From assembly GCA_028689615.1 (NCBI GenBank), contig JAQVCV010000012.1, positions 10,241 through 74,240 on the forward strand: a stretch of DNA of 64,000 nt, written 5' to 3'. This DNA is from Bacteroidales bacterium (GTDB lineage: Bacteria > Bacteroidota > Bacteroidia > Bacteroidales > TTA-H9). The translations under genes were made by a program, and so were the position numbers. This document shows positions 1 to 7,703 of this stretch, piece after piece; within the stretch, counting starts at the first letter, position 1; every line of letters begins with the position of its first letter. The notes beneath the pieces are model-generated. The model made no database searches. It saw only the letters and a program-made list of their open reading frames with translations, and had not been told where the DNA came from.

Positions 1-1159
1 ACCCGATTGAATCGGGGTGATCGCTTGCCAAACCCTGGCAAAGTGCCATGATGTGAAGATTACCATTCATATCCACTACCATATCCGACTCGGCAAACCA
101 AGGCTTGAACACCGGCTGGGGGTTGTTCCATGGGGCAGCAGTGGGCCACAACCAGGCCCATTTTCCGTTGGGCAATTGCCCCATGCCAATCAGCACCTGA
201 TTGCTTGTGAGATCGAGCATCTCCATCAATTGCCAGGATACTCCCTGATCGGTGCTTTTAAAAAGGATGGGCTGGTAGCCGGTCAGATCGTCGAGCAGGG
301 CGCGGCTGTCGGAGCCGATAAACATGGCATACCCCACCGATCCGTCGGGAGAGAAAGCTACAACCGGCGAAGGAAGAAACTCCAGTTGCTGACTGGAGGG
401 AGCTCTGAAAAAGGGAACGGGCAGATGGATCGTGTCCCAATCGAAACGGTCGTTGGCAGCATCGTAAACCCCGCGATGTACCATAGGTATGCACTCCGTT
501 CTGTCGGTATTGTAATCAACCGAAACACCAAAAGCCAGCCCCCCATCCACGGTGATGAGACTCATGAGGGTATTGTTTTCATAGGTCAACCCATTTGTTT
601 GGTGATGAAGCCCCGCATCGTCCCAGTGCGTTGAAGCATAGGTGGTCCCCTGCCATGCCGTACCATCGTTGATGGAACTGGCAACCAGCTTCGAGGCGGC
701 ATCGGGACTCGAGTTCCCTTCAGGGTTGTAAACCGCCACCGATGGATATCTATTGTTTCCTTCAAGAACAGGAACGGTAACCGAACCTGTAAACGATGTT
801 CCGAAATCGGTTGAAACAGCAGTGCAAATCTCGTTACCACTCCCCAACTCGTTGGGGTTTCCACGAAAAGCAAACACGATGGCGTTCAACTCCTCGTTGT
901 AGGTAAGGCAATGCTGGCCAGGGTAAAGTACACTGAACACATTCACCGACGAAAACATCGGCACAGGCACGATGTCGGAAACCCCCGACGGGAAGAGCGG
1001 TTGCGTGGGCAACTGAACAGGGTTTAAAGGAATTGGCTCCATGGCAGAAACTCCTGCCGAAGGCAAGGCTCCGGAGTTGCGAACCATGCGTGAAACCGGC
1101 TGACCGGCAAGGGTGAATCCCAAAAGGGATGCAACAACAAACAAACAAACTCTTTTCAT
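1..1159 (-). CDS. Asp-box (BNR-like) secreted protein family, paralog 1. N-terminal part only; the 3' end lies beyond the left window edge
   Basis: Hand translation of the minus strand from ATG at 1159-1157 gives MKRVCLFVVASLLGFTLAG... and stays open to position 1. It is absent from the ORF track because it runs off the edge. It shares family motifs with the four neighbouring paralogs: FSSVNVFSVL, GSGNEICTAVSTDFGTSF, NNRYPS, AFSPDGSVGYAMFIGSDSR, YQPILFKSTDQGVSWQLM, KPWFAESDMVVDMNGNLHIMAL, DHPDS. Confidence 0.8.
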   Translation of the reverse strand, partial: MKRVCLFVVASLLGFTLAGQPVSRMVRNSGALPSAGVSAMEPIPLNPVQLPTQPLFPSGVSDIVPVPMFSSVNVFSVLYPGQHCLTYNEELNAIVFAFRGNPNELGSGNEICTAVSTDFGTSFTGSVTVPVLEGNNRYPSVAVYNPEGNSSPDAASKLVASSINDGTAWQGTTYASTHWDDAGLHHQTNGLTYENNTLMSLITVDGGLAFGVSVDYNTDRTECIPMVHRGVYDAANDRFDWDTIHLPVPFFRAPSSQQLEFLPSPVVAFSPDGSVGYAMFIGSDSRALLDDLTGYQPILFKSTDQGVSWQLMEMLDLTSNQVLIGMGQLPNGKWAWLWPTAAPWNNPQPVFKPWFAESDMVVDMNGNLHIMALCQGLASDHPDSIG

Positions 1160-1180
1160 TTTTTTTAGATTTGGAGGACA

Positions 1181-1217
1181 GCAAAACAAAAAAGTCCCGC
1201 CATCGGATTGGCGGGAC
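1181..1217 (-). terminator. Rho-independent terminator after paralog 2
   Basis: 8-bp stem gtcccgcc (1194-1201) / ggcgggac (1210-1217) with an 8-nt loop. On the minus strand it is followed by TTTTTTGTTTTGC (1193-1181). Confidence 0.75.
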
Positions 1218-1248
1218 TAAAGTAATCATAAGATCACTTAAAAGCAAA

Positions 1249-3198
1249 TTATTTTATCACAACACGTTTAGTGGTCCTCTGACCATCGGCCACGATGCTG
1301 TAGAAATAAACTCCCGATTGCCAGTTGGCAACATTTACAGGGTAACTGTTTGCACCAGCATTGGCATTCACCTGGCTTTGGTAAACGCGTTGGCCTAACA
1401 GGTTGGTAAATTCAACAGACAGGGTTGAGGCTTTAGTGACATTAACATCAATATTCACCTGGTTGGCAGCAGGATTTGGGCGTGCATTAAGCGAATTAAC
1501 TGATAGCGAACGCTCCTCAACACCTACACCAAAGGGGAACCCGTCAAAAACGATCCCTTTCAGGTAGCTGTGAAACACCGGCTGACCAGGATCGTTGGAG
1601 GTGCGGATATCCGACTTTGAAACAGGCACTTCATACCTGTGATCACCCAAATCAATGGCAGTACCCGAAACAAACATGAAATAATTCTCACCATAGGTGG
1701 CTCCTTGGTTGGTAAAATCGATCACATCGGAGAACAAACCTTCGTCAACAATATGAGCCCAGCCTCTGACATCGGGATAGAGGTTGATGGTTTCACCAAA
1801 AAACTCGCTGTCGGTGTCGCTCCACATAGCAAATACAGCTTTCCCATCGGCAGTGCGGCTGGCCTGTACACGGTGATCCCAACCAATAGCATCCGATCCG
1901 GCTCCATAGCCCGACTCTTCGGCAGCTACATCCTTGGTTTCGAGGGTATCAATATAGCGAACGTACCACTCATCGCCCTGATTGACATTGTATATTTCAA
2001 ACATAATTCCCTTTTCCTCCGAGAAGGTATATCCTAAAGAATCCGGATGATCAGAGAAAGTACCCTTTATCAATGCCATGATATGAACGTCGCCGTTATA
2101 ATCAACGGTCAGATCGGCATCAGCAAACCAAGGTTTGTAGATTTGTTCGGTTGCCGACCATGTGCGCGACATTGGCCAAATCCTATCCCAAAAACCACTT
2201 GGAAGCAATCCTTGTCCAACGAGTACCGGGTTGTTTTTCAGATCGAGCATAGCCATCTTCTCCCAGGTAGCCCCTTCATCTACGGTTTTATAGATTATTG
2301 GTTGGTAACTGGTTAAATCGGCCTCATCAGCGCGGTTATCAGAGCCAATAAACATGGCATATCCAGCGGTTCCATCAGGAGAAAAAGCGATGGTAGGACG
2401 GGTAGCAAAATTGTAGGTAGCGTCGCTGGTTGTAAAGTAATAGGGTTTGGTGAGGCGGGTGGTGTCCCATTTGAAACCGTTTGAAGCAGCATCAAAAGTT
2501 CCACGATAGATGTAAGGAATGCAGTCGGTTCCACCCACAACATAGTCAACCGATGCACCATGAGCAAAACCGCCGGGGGTTGTACAGAGGCTGTACATCA
2601 AATCGTTACCCAGCACACTGTTCATCAATTCGTTGTACAGACCGGTGTTTGTCCAGTTGTTGGTAGCGAAGTTGGTTCCAATCCAGTTCGTTCCATCGGT
2701 AACCGGAGCAGCGATAACCTTGAAGGCATTAGCGGGATCGGTGTTACCAGTTGGGTTGTAAATTGTTCCTGAAGGGTAACGGTTGTTTCCCTGGTTGGGC
2801 GAAGCGGCCGAACCTGCAGTAAAAGTAGTTCCACCATCGGTTGAAATGGCAGCGCAAATATCGTTACCAGTGGCTACTACACCCGTGTGACCACGAAAAG
2901 CAAACATCAGGGCATCAATATCCTGGTTGTAGCTCATACAAGTCTGCTCAGAGTAAAGGATGCCATAAACGTTCAGCGACGAAAACATATCAACAGGTTC
3001 AACATCGTTGGTTGCTTTAGGAGTAACAGGCTTCTGGTAAGGCTTTGGAGCAGCCGTTGAGGGCAAAGCATCCATTACCAGACCTTGTTTAAGTTCTTTT
3101 TGAACTGTGTTTTCAGATTTTCTTGATGCGGTTTGAGCCGTTAGCGTTCCTGCCAACATCACAACCGCGAGGAGAATGGAAAGATGTTTCATAAACAA
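1249..3198 (-). CDS. Asp-box (BNR-like) beta-propeller-type secreted protein with T9SS C-terminal sorting domain, paralog 2
   Basis: 649-aa ORF. N-terminal signal peptide MFMKHLSILLAVVMLAGTLTAQ. Asp-box-like motifs STDGGTTF and KTVDEGATWEKM. C-terminal Por/T9SS tail (RPNPAANQVNIDV...GVYFYSIVADGQRTTKRVVIK). Colinear with the other four paralogs. Confidence 0.9.
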   Translation of the reverse strand: MFMKHLSILLAVVMLAGTLTAQTASRKSENTVQKELKQGLVMDALPSTAAPKPYQKPVTPKATNDVEPVDMFSSLNVYGILYSEQTCMSYNQDIDALMFAFRGHTGVVATGNDICAAISTDGGTTFTAGSAASPNQGNNRYPSGTIYNPTGNTDPANAFKVIAAPVTDGTNWIGTNFATNNWTNTGLYNELMNSVLGNDLMYSLCTTPGGFAHGASVDYVVGGTDCIPYIYRGTFDAASNGFKWDTTRLTKPYYFTTSDATYNFATRPTIAFSPDGTAGYAMFIGSDNRADEADLTSYQPIIYKTVDEGATWEKMAMLDLKNNPVLVGQGLLPSGFWDRIWPMSRTWSATEQIYKPWFADADLTVDYNGDVHIMALIKGTFSDHPDSLGYTFSEEKGIMFEIYNVNQGDEWYVRYIDTLETKDVAAEESGYGAGSDAIGWDHRVQASRTADGKAVFAMWSDTDSEFFGETINLYPDVRGWAHIVDEGLFSDVIDFTNQGATYGENYFMFVSGTAIDLGDHRYEVPVSKSDIRTSNDPGQPVFHSYLKGIVFDGFPFGVGVEERSLSVNSLNARPNPAANQVNIDVNVTKASTLSVEFTNLLGQRVYQSQVNANAGANSYPVNVANWQSGVYFYSIVADGQRTTKRVVIK

Positions 3199-3220
3199 TA
3201 GGATTTTTATAGATTTATAA

Positions 3221-3251
3221 GAAAAAGCCCCACCTCAACATACGGTGGGGC
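3221..3251 (-). terminator. Rho-independent terminator after paralog 3
   Basis: 8-bp stem gccccacc (3227-3234) / ggtggggc (3244-3251) with a 9-nt loop. On the minus strand it is followed by TTTTTC. Confidence 0.7.
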
Positions 3252-3282
3252 TTCATCAATTGGTTACTTGTATTGTGAAAAA

Positions 3283-5253
3283 TTATCTAACAACAACTTT
3301 GTTGGTCGATTTTTTACCATCAACCACAACGCTGTAGAAATAGATGCCAGCCTGCATGTTAGCAACATTCACATTCAGGGTATTCAAACCAGCATTGGCT
3401 TTGGTAGTGTTGCTATAAACACTCTGACCCAAAATGTTTGTCATTTCAACTGTCATATCAGCGGCTTTGTTCAAAGTCACATCAATGGTGAGGGTTTCAG
3501 AAACGGGGTTGGGGTAAGCTTCGATCTCTTTTACGTTGGCTACTTGCTCAACACCTACACCGTAAATGAAATCAGCAGGTTCAAAGATGATGCCGGTACC
3601 TTTCAGGCCACCTTTCAGGTAATCGTGATAAACAGGTTGACCCGGATCGTTGGTTGTACGGATATCTGATTTGGTTACAGGAACTTCCCAAGTACCAGCA
3701 CCGTGATCGATACAGGTTGGCGACACAAACATGAAGTAGTTCTCTCCATAAGTAGCACCTTGGTTGGTAAAGTCTTTAACATCAGTAAACAGTCCGTTAA
3801 CAACATCATGACCCCAGCCGCGAACGTCGGGATAGAGGTTGATTTCTTCACCGAAGAACAGGAAGTCGGTATCAGTCCAGATAGCAAACACAGCTTTTCC
3901 ATCAGCACTGCGGCTGGCCTGGAGGCGCATATCCCAACCAACAGCGTCATCACCGGCACCATAGCCAGATTCTTCGGCAGCCACGTCGCGGGTATCGAGC
4001 GTATCAATGTAACGTACATACCAATCGTTACCTTGTCCGACGTTGTAGATTTCAAATAAGGCTCCCTTGTCATAGGTAAAAGTATAGCCTAACGAATCGG
4101 GATGATCAGAATAGGTTCCCTGACAGAGAGCAAAAATATGAAGATCACCGTTGTAGTCAACTACGATGTCAGCTTCAGCAAACCAAGGTTTGTAAATTTG
4201 CTCAGCAGCAGTCCAGGTGCGGCGGAGAGGCCACACGCGTTCCCACAATCCATTGGTCATCAGACCCATACCAATCATTTCGGGACGGTTCTTCAGATCG
4301 AGCATATCCATCAATTCCCAGGTTGTACCCATATCGGTGGTTTTGTAGATGATGGGCTGGTAACCAGTCAGGTCATCGCCAGCAGCGCGTGAATCTGAAC
4401 CAGTGAACATAGCATAACCTACACTTCCGTCAGGAGCAAAAGCTACATTGCCGAAGGTAGAAAAATTATAAGTGCCATCACTAGTGGTAAAATACCAAGG
4501 AACTTCAAATTCTTGATCAGTCCATTTGAACCCCCCGGCAGCAGCGTCGAATGTTCCTCTAAAGATAAATCCTTTGCCGTAAGTATATGTTGATGTGTAC
4601 TCAACAGCAACTGTGTGAGCATAGCCATTAGCGTCAACATCAAGGCCGCCACGAATCAGCATATCACCAGCGGTGCTGGCAGCACGGAATTCGTGATAGG
4701 GAGCAGAGTTAGCCCAGTTGTTAGTAGCAAAGTTGTTACCAAGCCAGCCTGATCCGCCAGTTATAGGAGCGTGCATTACTATAAAGGCATTAGCAGGATC
4801 GGTGTTACCGGCAGGATTGTAAATGGCTCCTGAAGGATACCTGTTGTTACCTTCTGAGGGAGGATCAGCACTAACTGCTGAAGAGAAAGTAGCACCCTTA
4901 TCAGTAGAAACAGCAGTACAAATAGTATTACCTGTACCAAGAACACCAGTGTGTCCACGAGCGGTAAACATGATAGCATCAATGTCCTCATTATAGGTAA
5001 TACATGTCTGCTGTTGAACAAGCAGAGTGTACACATTTAGGGAAGAGAAAAGATCAATGGGCTCTACATCTGTAACGCCTTTGGGTGTGTAGGGACTTTG
5101 GTACTGTAAAGGGTTTGCCATGGGGGCAGCATCCTGTACCGATACAGCCTGCATCCGTTTGCGGGCTGAGTTTTCAATCTGATTTGCGGCATTTTGGGCC
5201 ATTGTGATTGTGCCGAGGCCCATTGCCAAACCTAAGAGTAAGAGTTTTCTCAT
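3283..5253 (-). CDS. Asp-box (BNR-like) beta-propeller-type secreted protein with T9SS C-terminal sorting domain, paralog 3
   Basis: 656-aa ORF. Signal peptide MRKLLLLGLAMGLGTITMAQ. Motifs STDKGATF, NNRYPSGAIYNPAGNTDPANAF, YKTTDMGTTWELM. T9SS tail YPNPVSETLTIDV...GIYFYSVVVDGKKSTNKVVVR. By eye this is the closest relative of paralog 2. Confidence 0.9.
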   Translation of the reverse strand: MRKLLLLGLAMGLGTITMAQNAANQIENSARKRMQAVSVQDAAPMANPLQYQSPYTPKGVTDVEPIDLFSSLNVYTLLVQQQTCITYNEDIDAIMFTARGHTGVLGTGNTICTAVSTDKGATFSSAVSADPPSEGNNRYPSGAIYNPAGNTDPANAFIVMHAPITGGSGWLGNNFATNNWANSAPYHEFRAASTAGDMLIRGGLDVDANGYAHTVAVEYTSTYTYGKGFIFRGTFDAAAGGFKWTDQEFEVPWYFTTSDGTYNFSTFGNVAFAPDGSVGYAMFTGSDSRAAGDDLTGYQPIIYKTTDMGTTWELMDMLDLKNRPEMIGMGLMTNGLWERVWPLRRTWTAAEQIYKPWFAEADIVVDYNGDLHIFALCQGTYSDHPDSLGYTFTYDKGALFEIYNVGQGNDWYVRYIDTLDTRDVAAEESGYGAGDDAVGWDMRLQASRSADGKAVFAIWTDTDFLFFGEEINLYPDVRGWGHDVVNGLFTDVKDFTNQGATYGENYFMFVSPTCIDHGAGTWEVPVTKSDIRTTNDPGQPVYHDYLKGGLKGTGIIFEPADFIYGVGVEQVANVKEIEAYPNPVSETLTIDVTLNKAADMTVEMTNILGQSVYSNTTKANAGLNTLNVNVANMQAGIYFYSVVVDGKKSTNKVVVR

Positions 5254-5306
5254 CTTTGTGGGTTTTAGGGTTTAACATGAATTTAATAACACATTGTCTG
5301 AAAAGT

Positions 5307-5314
5307 CAAATATA
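5307..5314 (-). promoter_or_regulatory. Bacteroidota -7 promoter box (TAnnTTTG) for paralog 3
   Basis: Plus strand caaatata equals minus strand TATATTTG, about 55 nt upstream of the ATG at 5253. Confidence 0.45.
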
Positions 5315-5473
5315 GAACAATTTTTCAATGCAGCCAAGAACCCCAAAAAAAAATCTGTTCAGAATTTTTAATTCAACACATCAACAACACATTTTCAGTT
5401 GCTTACAAGTAAAACGAATTCTCAAGTCCTTACAAATTCCTAACTGTTTTTGTTGCGGTTTGCAAATCGTCAC

Positions 5474-5511
5474 TAAAAAAGAAAGCGGGAAACCCCTTAC
5501 GGGTTTCCCGC
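5474..5511 (-). terminator. Rho-independent terminator after paralog 4
   Basis: Perfect 11-bp stem gcgggaaaccc (5485-5495) / gggtttcccgc (5501-5511) with a 5-nt loop. On the minus strand it is followed by TTTCTTTTTT. Confidence 0.8.
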
Positions 5512-5540
5512 CAAAAAAGCACCAAAAGGCGCCTAATCAA

Positions 5541-7451
5541 TTATTTTACAACGAGTTTACGTGTAACGCGGTTTTCTCCGGCCACAACGCTGTAGAAATA
5601 AACTCCGGCCTTCAAGTTGTTGAGTTCGGCAGTGAAGGTGTGCGAACCAGCAGCAACGGGCTGATTAACCACATCCAAAACCTTTTGACCCATCAGGTTG
5701 GTGATTTCGATAGCAACCGAAGAGGCAGCAGCCAAATCGATGGTAAATTTCACATGGCCGGTTGTGGGATTGGGGAATGCTTCTACTTTGTTAACAACAC
5801 CCGAAACAGCTTCAATGCCAACGGGGAAATCACTCAGATTGAATTTAATATCAGTCAGGAATGAATAGAACACGGGCAAACCGGGATCGTTGGAGGTGCG
5901 GATGTCGGTAATGGTGTAAGGAATCTGCCAGGTATTGGCATCGGGGTTCATCACCACTTCTGAAGCGTAGTTGTAGAAAGCTTCACCGTAAACATTTGAT
6001 CCGCGTGTGAAGTTTTTCACTTCAGCTACACCATAATCAAGGTGACGGGCAAAACCAAGCACATCGGGATAGAGGTTGAACTCGGTTCCGAAGAATTCGG
6101 TATCGGTATCAGTCCAGGTAGCAAAAACCACTTTGCCATCGGCAGAACGGCTGGCCTGAATGCGATGACCCCAAGCCAAAGCATCGTCGCCGGTTCCGTA
6201 TCCGCTCTCTTCTTTGGGAACATCGCGGGTTTCGAGGGTATCGATGTAATGAACTGTCCAGCTGTTACCCTGGTTTTCATTATAGAGTTCAAAGATGGCT
6301 CCTTTTTCATATTCATAAACATAACCGATTGAATCGATATGATCTGAATAGGCACCTTCGGCAAGTGTGAAAATATGGAGGTTGCCATTGGCATCAACCA
6401 CACCATCGGTCTCGGTGAACAAAGGTTTTACAGTACCACCAACATAATACTCACGACGCAGCGGGAACAGGTAAGGTTCCATCTCGGGATGGTTCACCAG
6501 GTTGATGTAATCCATCAACTCCCAGGTGGCACCACCATCGGTCGATTTGTAAACAATGGGCTGGTAAGAACTGCGATCAGCACCAGCGCGGGCATCTGAA
6601 CCAACAAAGAAAACGTAGCCAACCGAACCATCGGGCGACCAGGCAGTGTTCATCTGGGTATAGCTCAGGTAATGACCACCGTCGCTACCGGCAACAGTTT
6701 CGGGATGAAGCGTTTGGCTGGTCCACTCGAACTTGTTGGTAGTTGAATTGAAGGTTCCTTTGTAAACGTAGCCATCGTAAGTGAGGGGGCCACTGGTTCC
6801 GGTATATTGCAAACCGGTGTGGTGCACGATGCCGTTTCCGTCGATGGTCATCCCATTGCGTGAAAGCAAATCGCCACCAGCAGGAGTGGTCACTGTTTGT
6901 TCATCGCTGTTGGCACCACCAAAAGTGGTACTTGCGAAATAGTTGCCTTCCCATGCGCTGGTGGTATAGGGACCGGCCATTACATGAAAAGCATTCTGAG
7001 GATCGGTGTTTCCTGTGGGGTTGTAAATCACTCCACTGGGATAACGGTGGTTTTTGCCACCAGTTGCAGGTATCGAAACTTTCGAGGAGAAAGAGTTGCC
7101 ACCATCAGTAGAAGTGGAAGCAATCAGGTCGTTACCTGTACCAATTACATTGGTATGACCGCGGTGGGTCATGGTGATCAGGTTCAGATCGGGGTTGTAG
7201 GCCACGCAGGTCTGCTCCTCAACCAAAACCGAGTAGATATTCAGCGAGCTCGAGATAGTAACTTTGTCAACCTCGAAAGCTGCTTTAGGAAGTACAGGAC
7301 GAACCGGTTTTACCGGGGTTCCCAGAACTACGGCATCCTGTTGTGCACGCGGACTTTGCTGCATGCGATTGGTCGCCTGGGTGAGACGTGACTGGCTGAA
7401 ACCAGATACACCGATTCCCAAAACGAGACCCATGAGTAGGACTCTTTTCAT
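5541..7451 (-). CDS. Asp-box (BNR-like) beta-propeller-type secreted protein with T9SS C-terminal sorting domain, paralog 4
   Basis: 636-aa ORF. Signal peptide MKRVLLMGLVLGIGVSGFSQ. Motifs STDGGNSF, HRYPSGVIYNPTGNTDPQNAF, YKSTDGGATWELM (canonical SxDxGxTW). T9SS tail FPNPTTGHVKFTI...GVYFYSVVAGENRVTRKLVVK. Confidence 0.9.
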   Translation of the reverse strand: MKRVLLMGLVLGIGVSGFSQSRLTQATNRMQQSPRAQQDAVVLGTPVKPVRPVLPKAAFEVDKVTISSSLNIYSVLVEEQTCVAYNPDLNLITMTHRGHTNVIGTGNDLIASTSTDGGNSFSSKVSIPATGGKNHRYPSGVIYNPTGNTDPQNAFHVMAGPYTTSAWEGNYFASTTFGGANSDEQTVTTPAGGDLLSRNGMTIDGNGIVHHTGLQYTGTSGPLTYDGYVYKGTFNSTTNKFEWTSQTLHPETVAGSDGGHYLSYTQMNTAWSPDGSVGYVFFVGSDARAGADRSSYQPIVYKSTDGGATWELMDYINLVNHPEMEPYLFPLRREYYVGGTVKPLFTETDGVVDANGNLHIFTLAEGAYSDHIDSIGYVYEYEKGAIFELYNENQGNSWTVHYIDTLETRDVPKEESGYGTGDDALAWGHRIQASRSADGKVVFATWTDTDTEFFGTEFNLYPDVLGFARHLDYGVAEVKNFTRGSNVYGEAFYNYASEVVMNPDANTWQIPYTITDIRTSNDPGLPVFYSFLTDIKFNLSDFPVGIEAVSGVVNKVEAFPNPTTGHVKFTIDLAAASSVAIEITNLMGQKVLDVVNQPVAAGSHTFTAELNNLKAGVYFYSVVAGENRVTRKLVVK

Positions 7452-7530
7452 TTTTACGTAAGATTAAATTAGACAATAGGTTTCCTCAATGCGCCGGTTA
7501 GAGCGCGCGCTTCATCCCTGAAGCTGTCTG

Positions 7531-7538
7531 CAAAAATA
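7531..7538 (-). promoter_or_regulatory. Bacteroidota -7 promoter box (TAnnTTTG) for paralog 4
   Basis: Plus strand caaaaata equals minus strand TATTTTTG, about 80 nt upstream of the ATG at 7451. Confidence 0.45.
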
Positions 7539-7564
7539 ACGATATTTCGACACAAACCAAGAAA

Positions 7565-7594
7565 CCCGGAGAAGTTTTGGGTTCTTCTTCCGGG
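7565..7594 (-). terminator. Possible terminator hairpin after paralog 5 (imperfect)
   Basis: cccggagaag (7565-7574) pairs with cttcttccggg (7584-7594) with one bulged base. On the minus strand it is followed by TTTCTTGGTTTG. Weaker than the other three terminators. Confidence 0.4.
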
Positions 7595-7703
7595 CTTCCT
7601 GAGCGGGAAACCTTCCTGAATCAATGACTATTAATCTGTAAATGAATGAAAAGAGTCCTGAATTAGCCTGATGAAATATTAAGGTAATCCCAAAGGAATT
7701 TGT

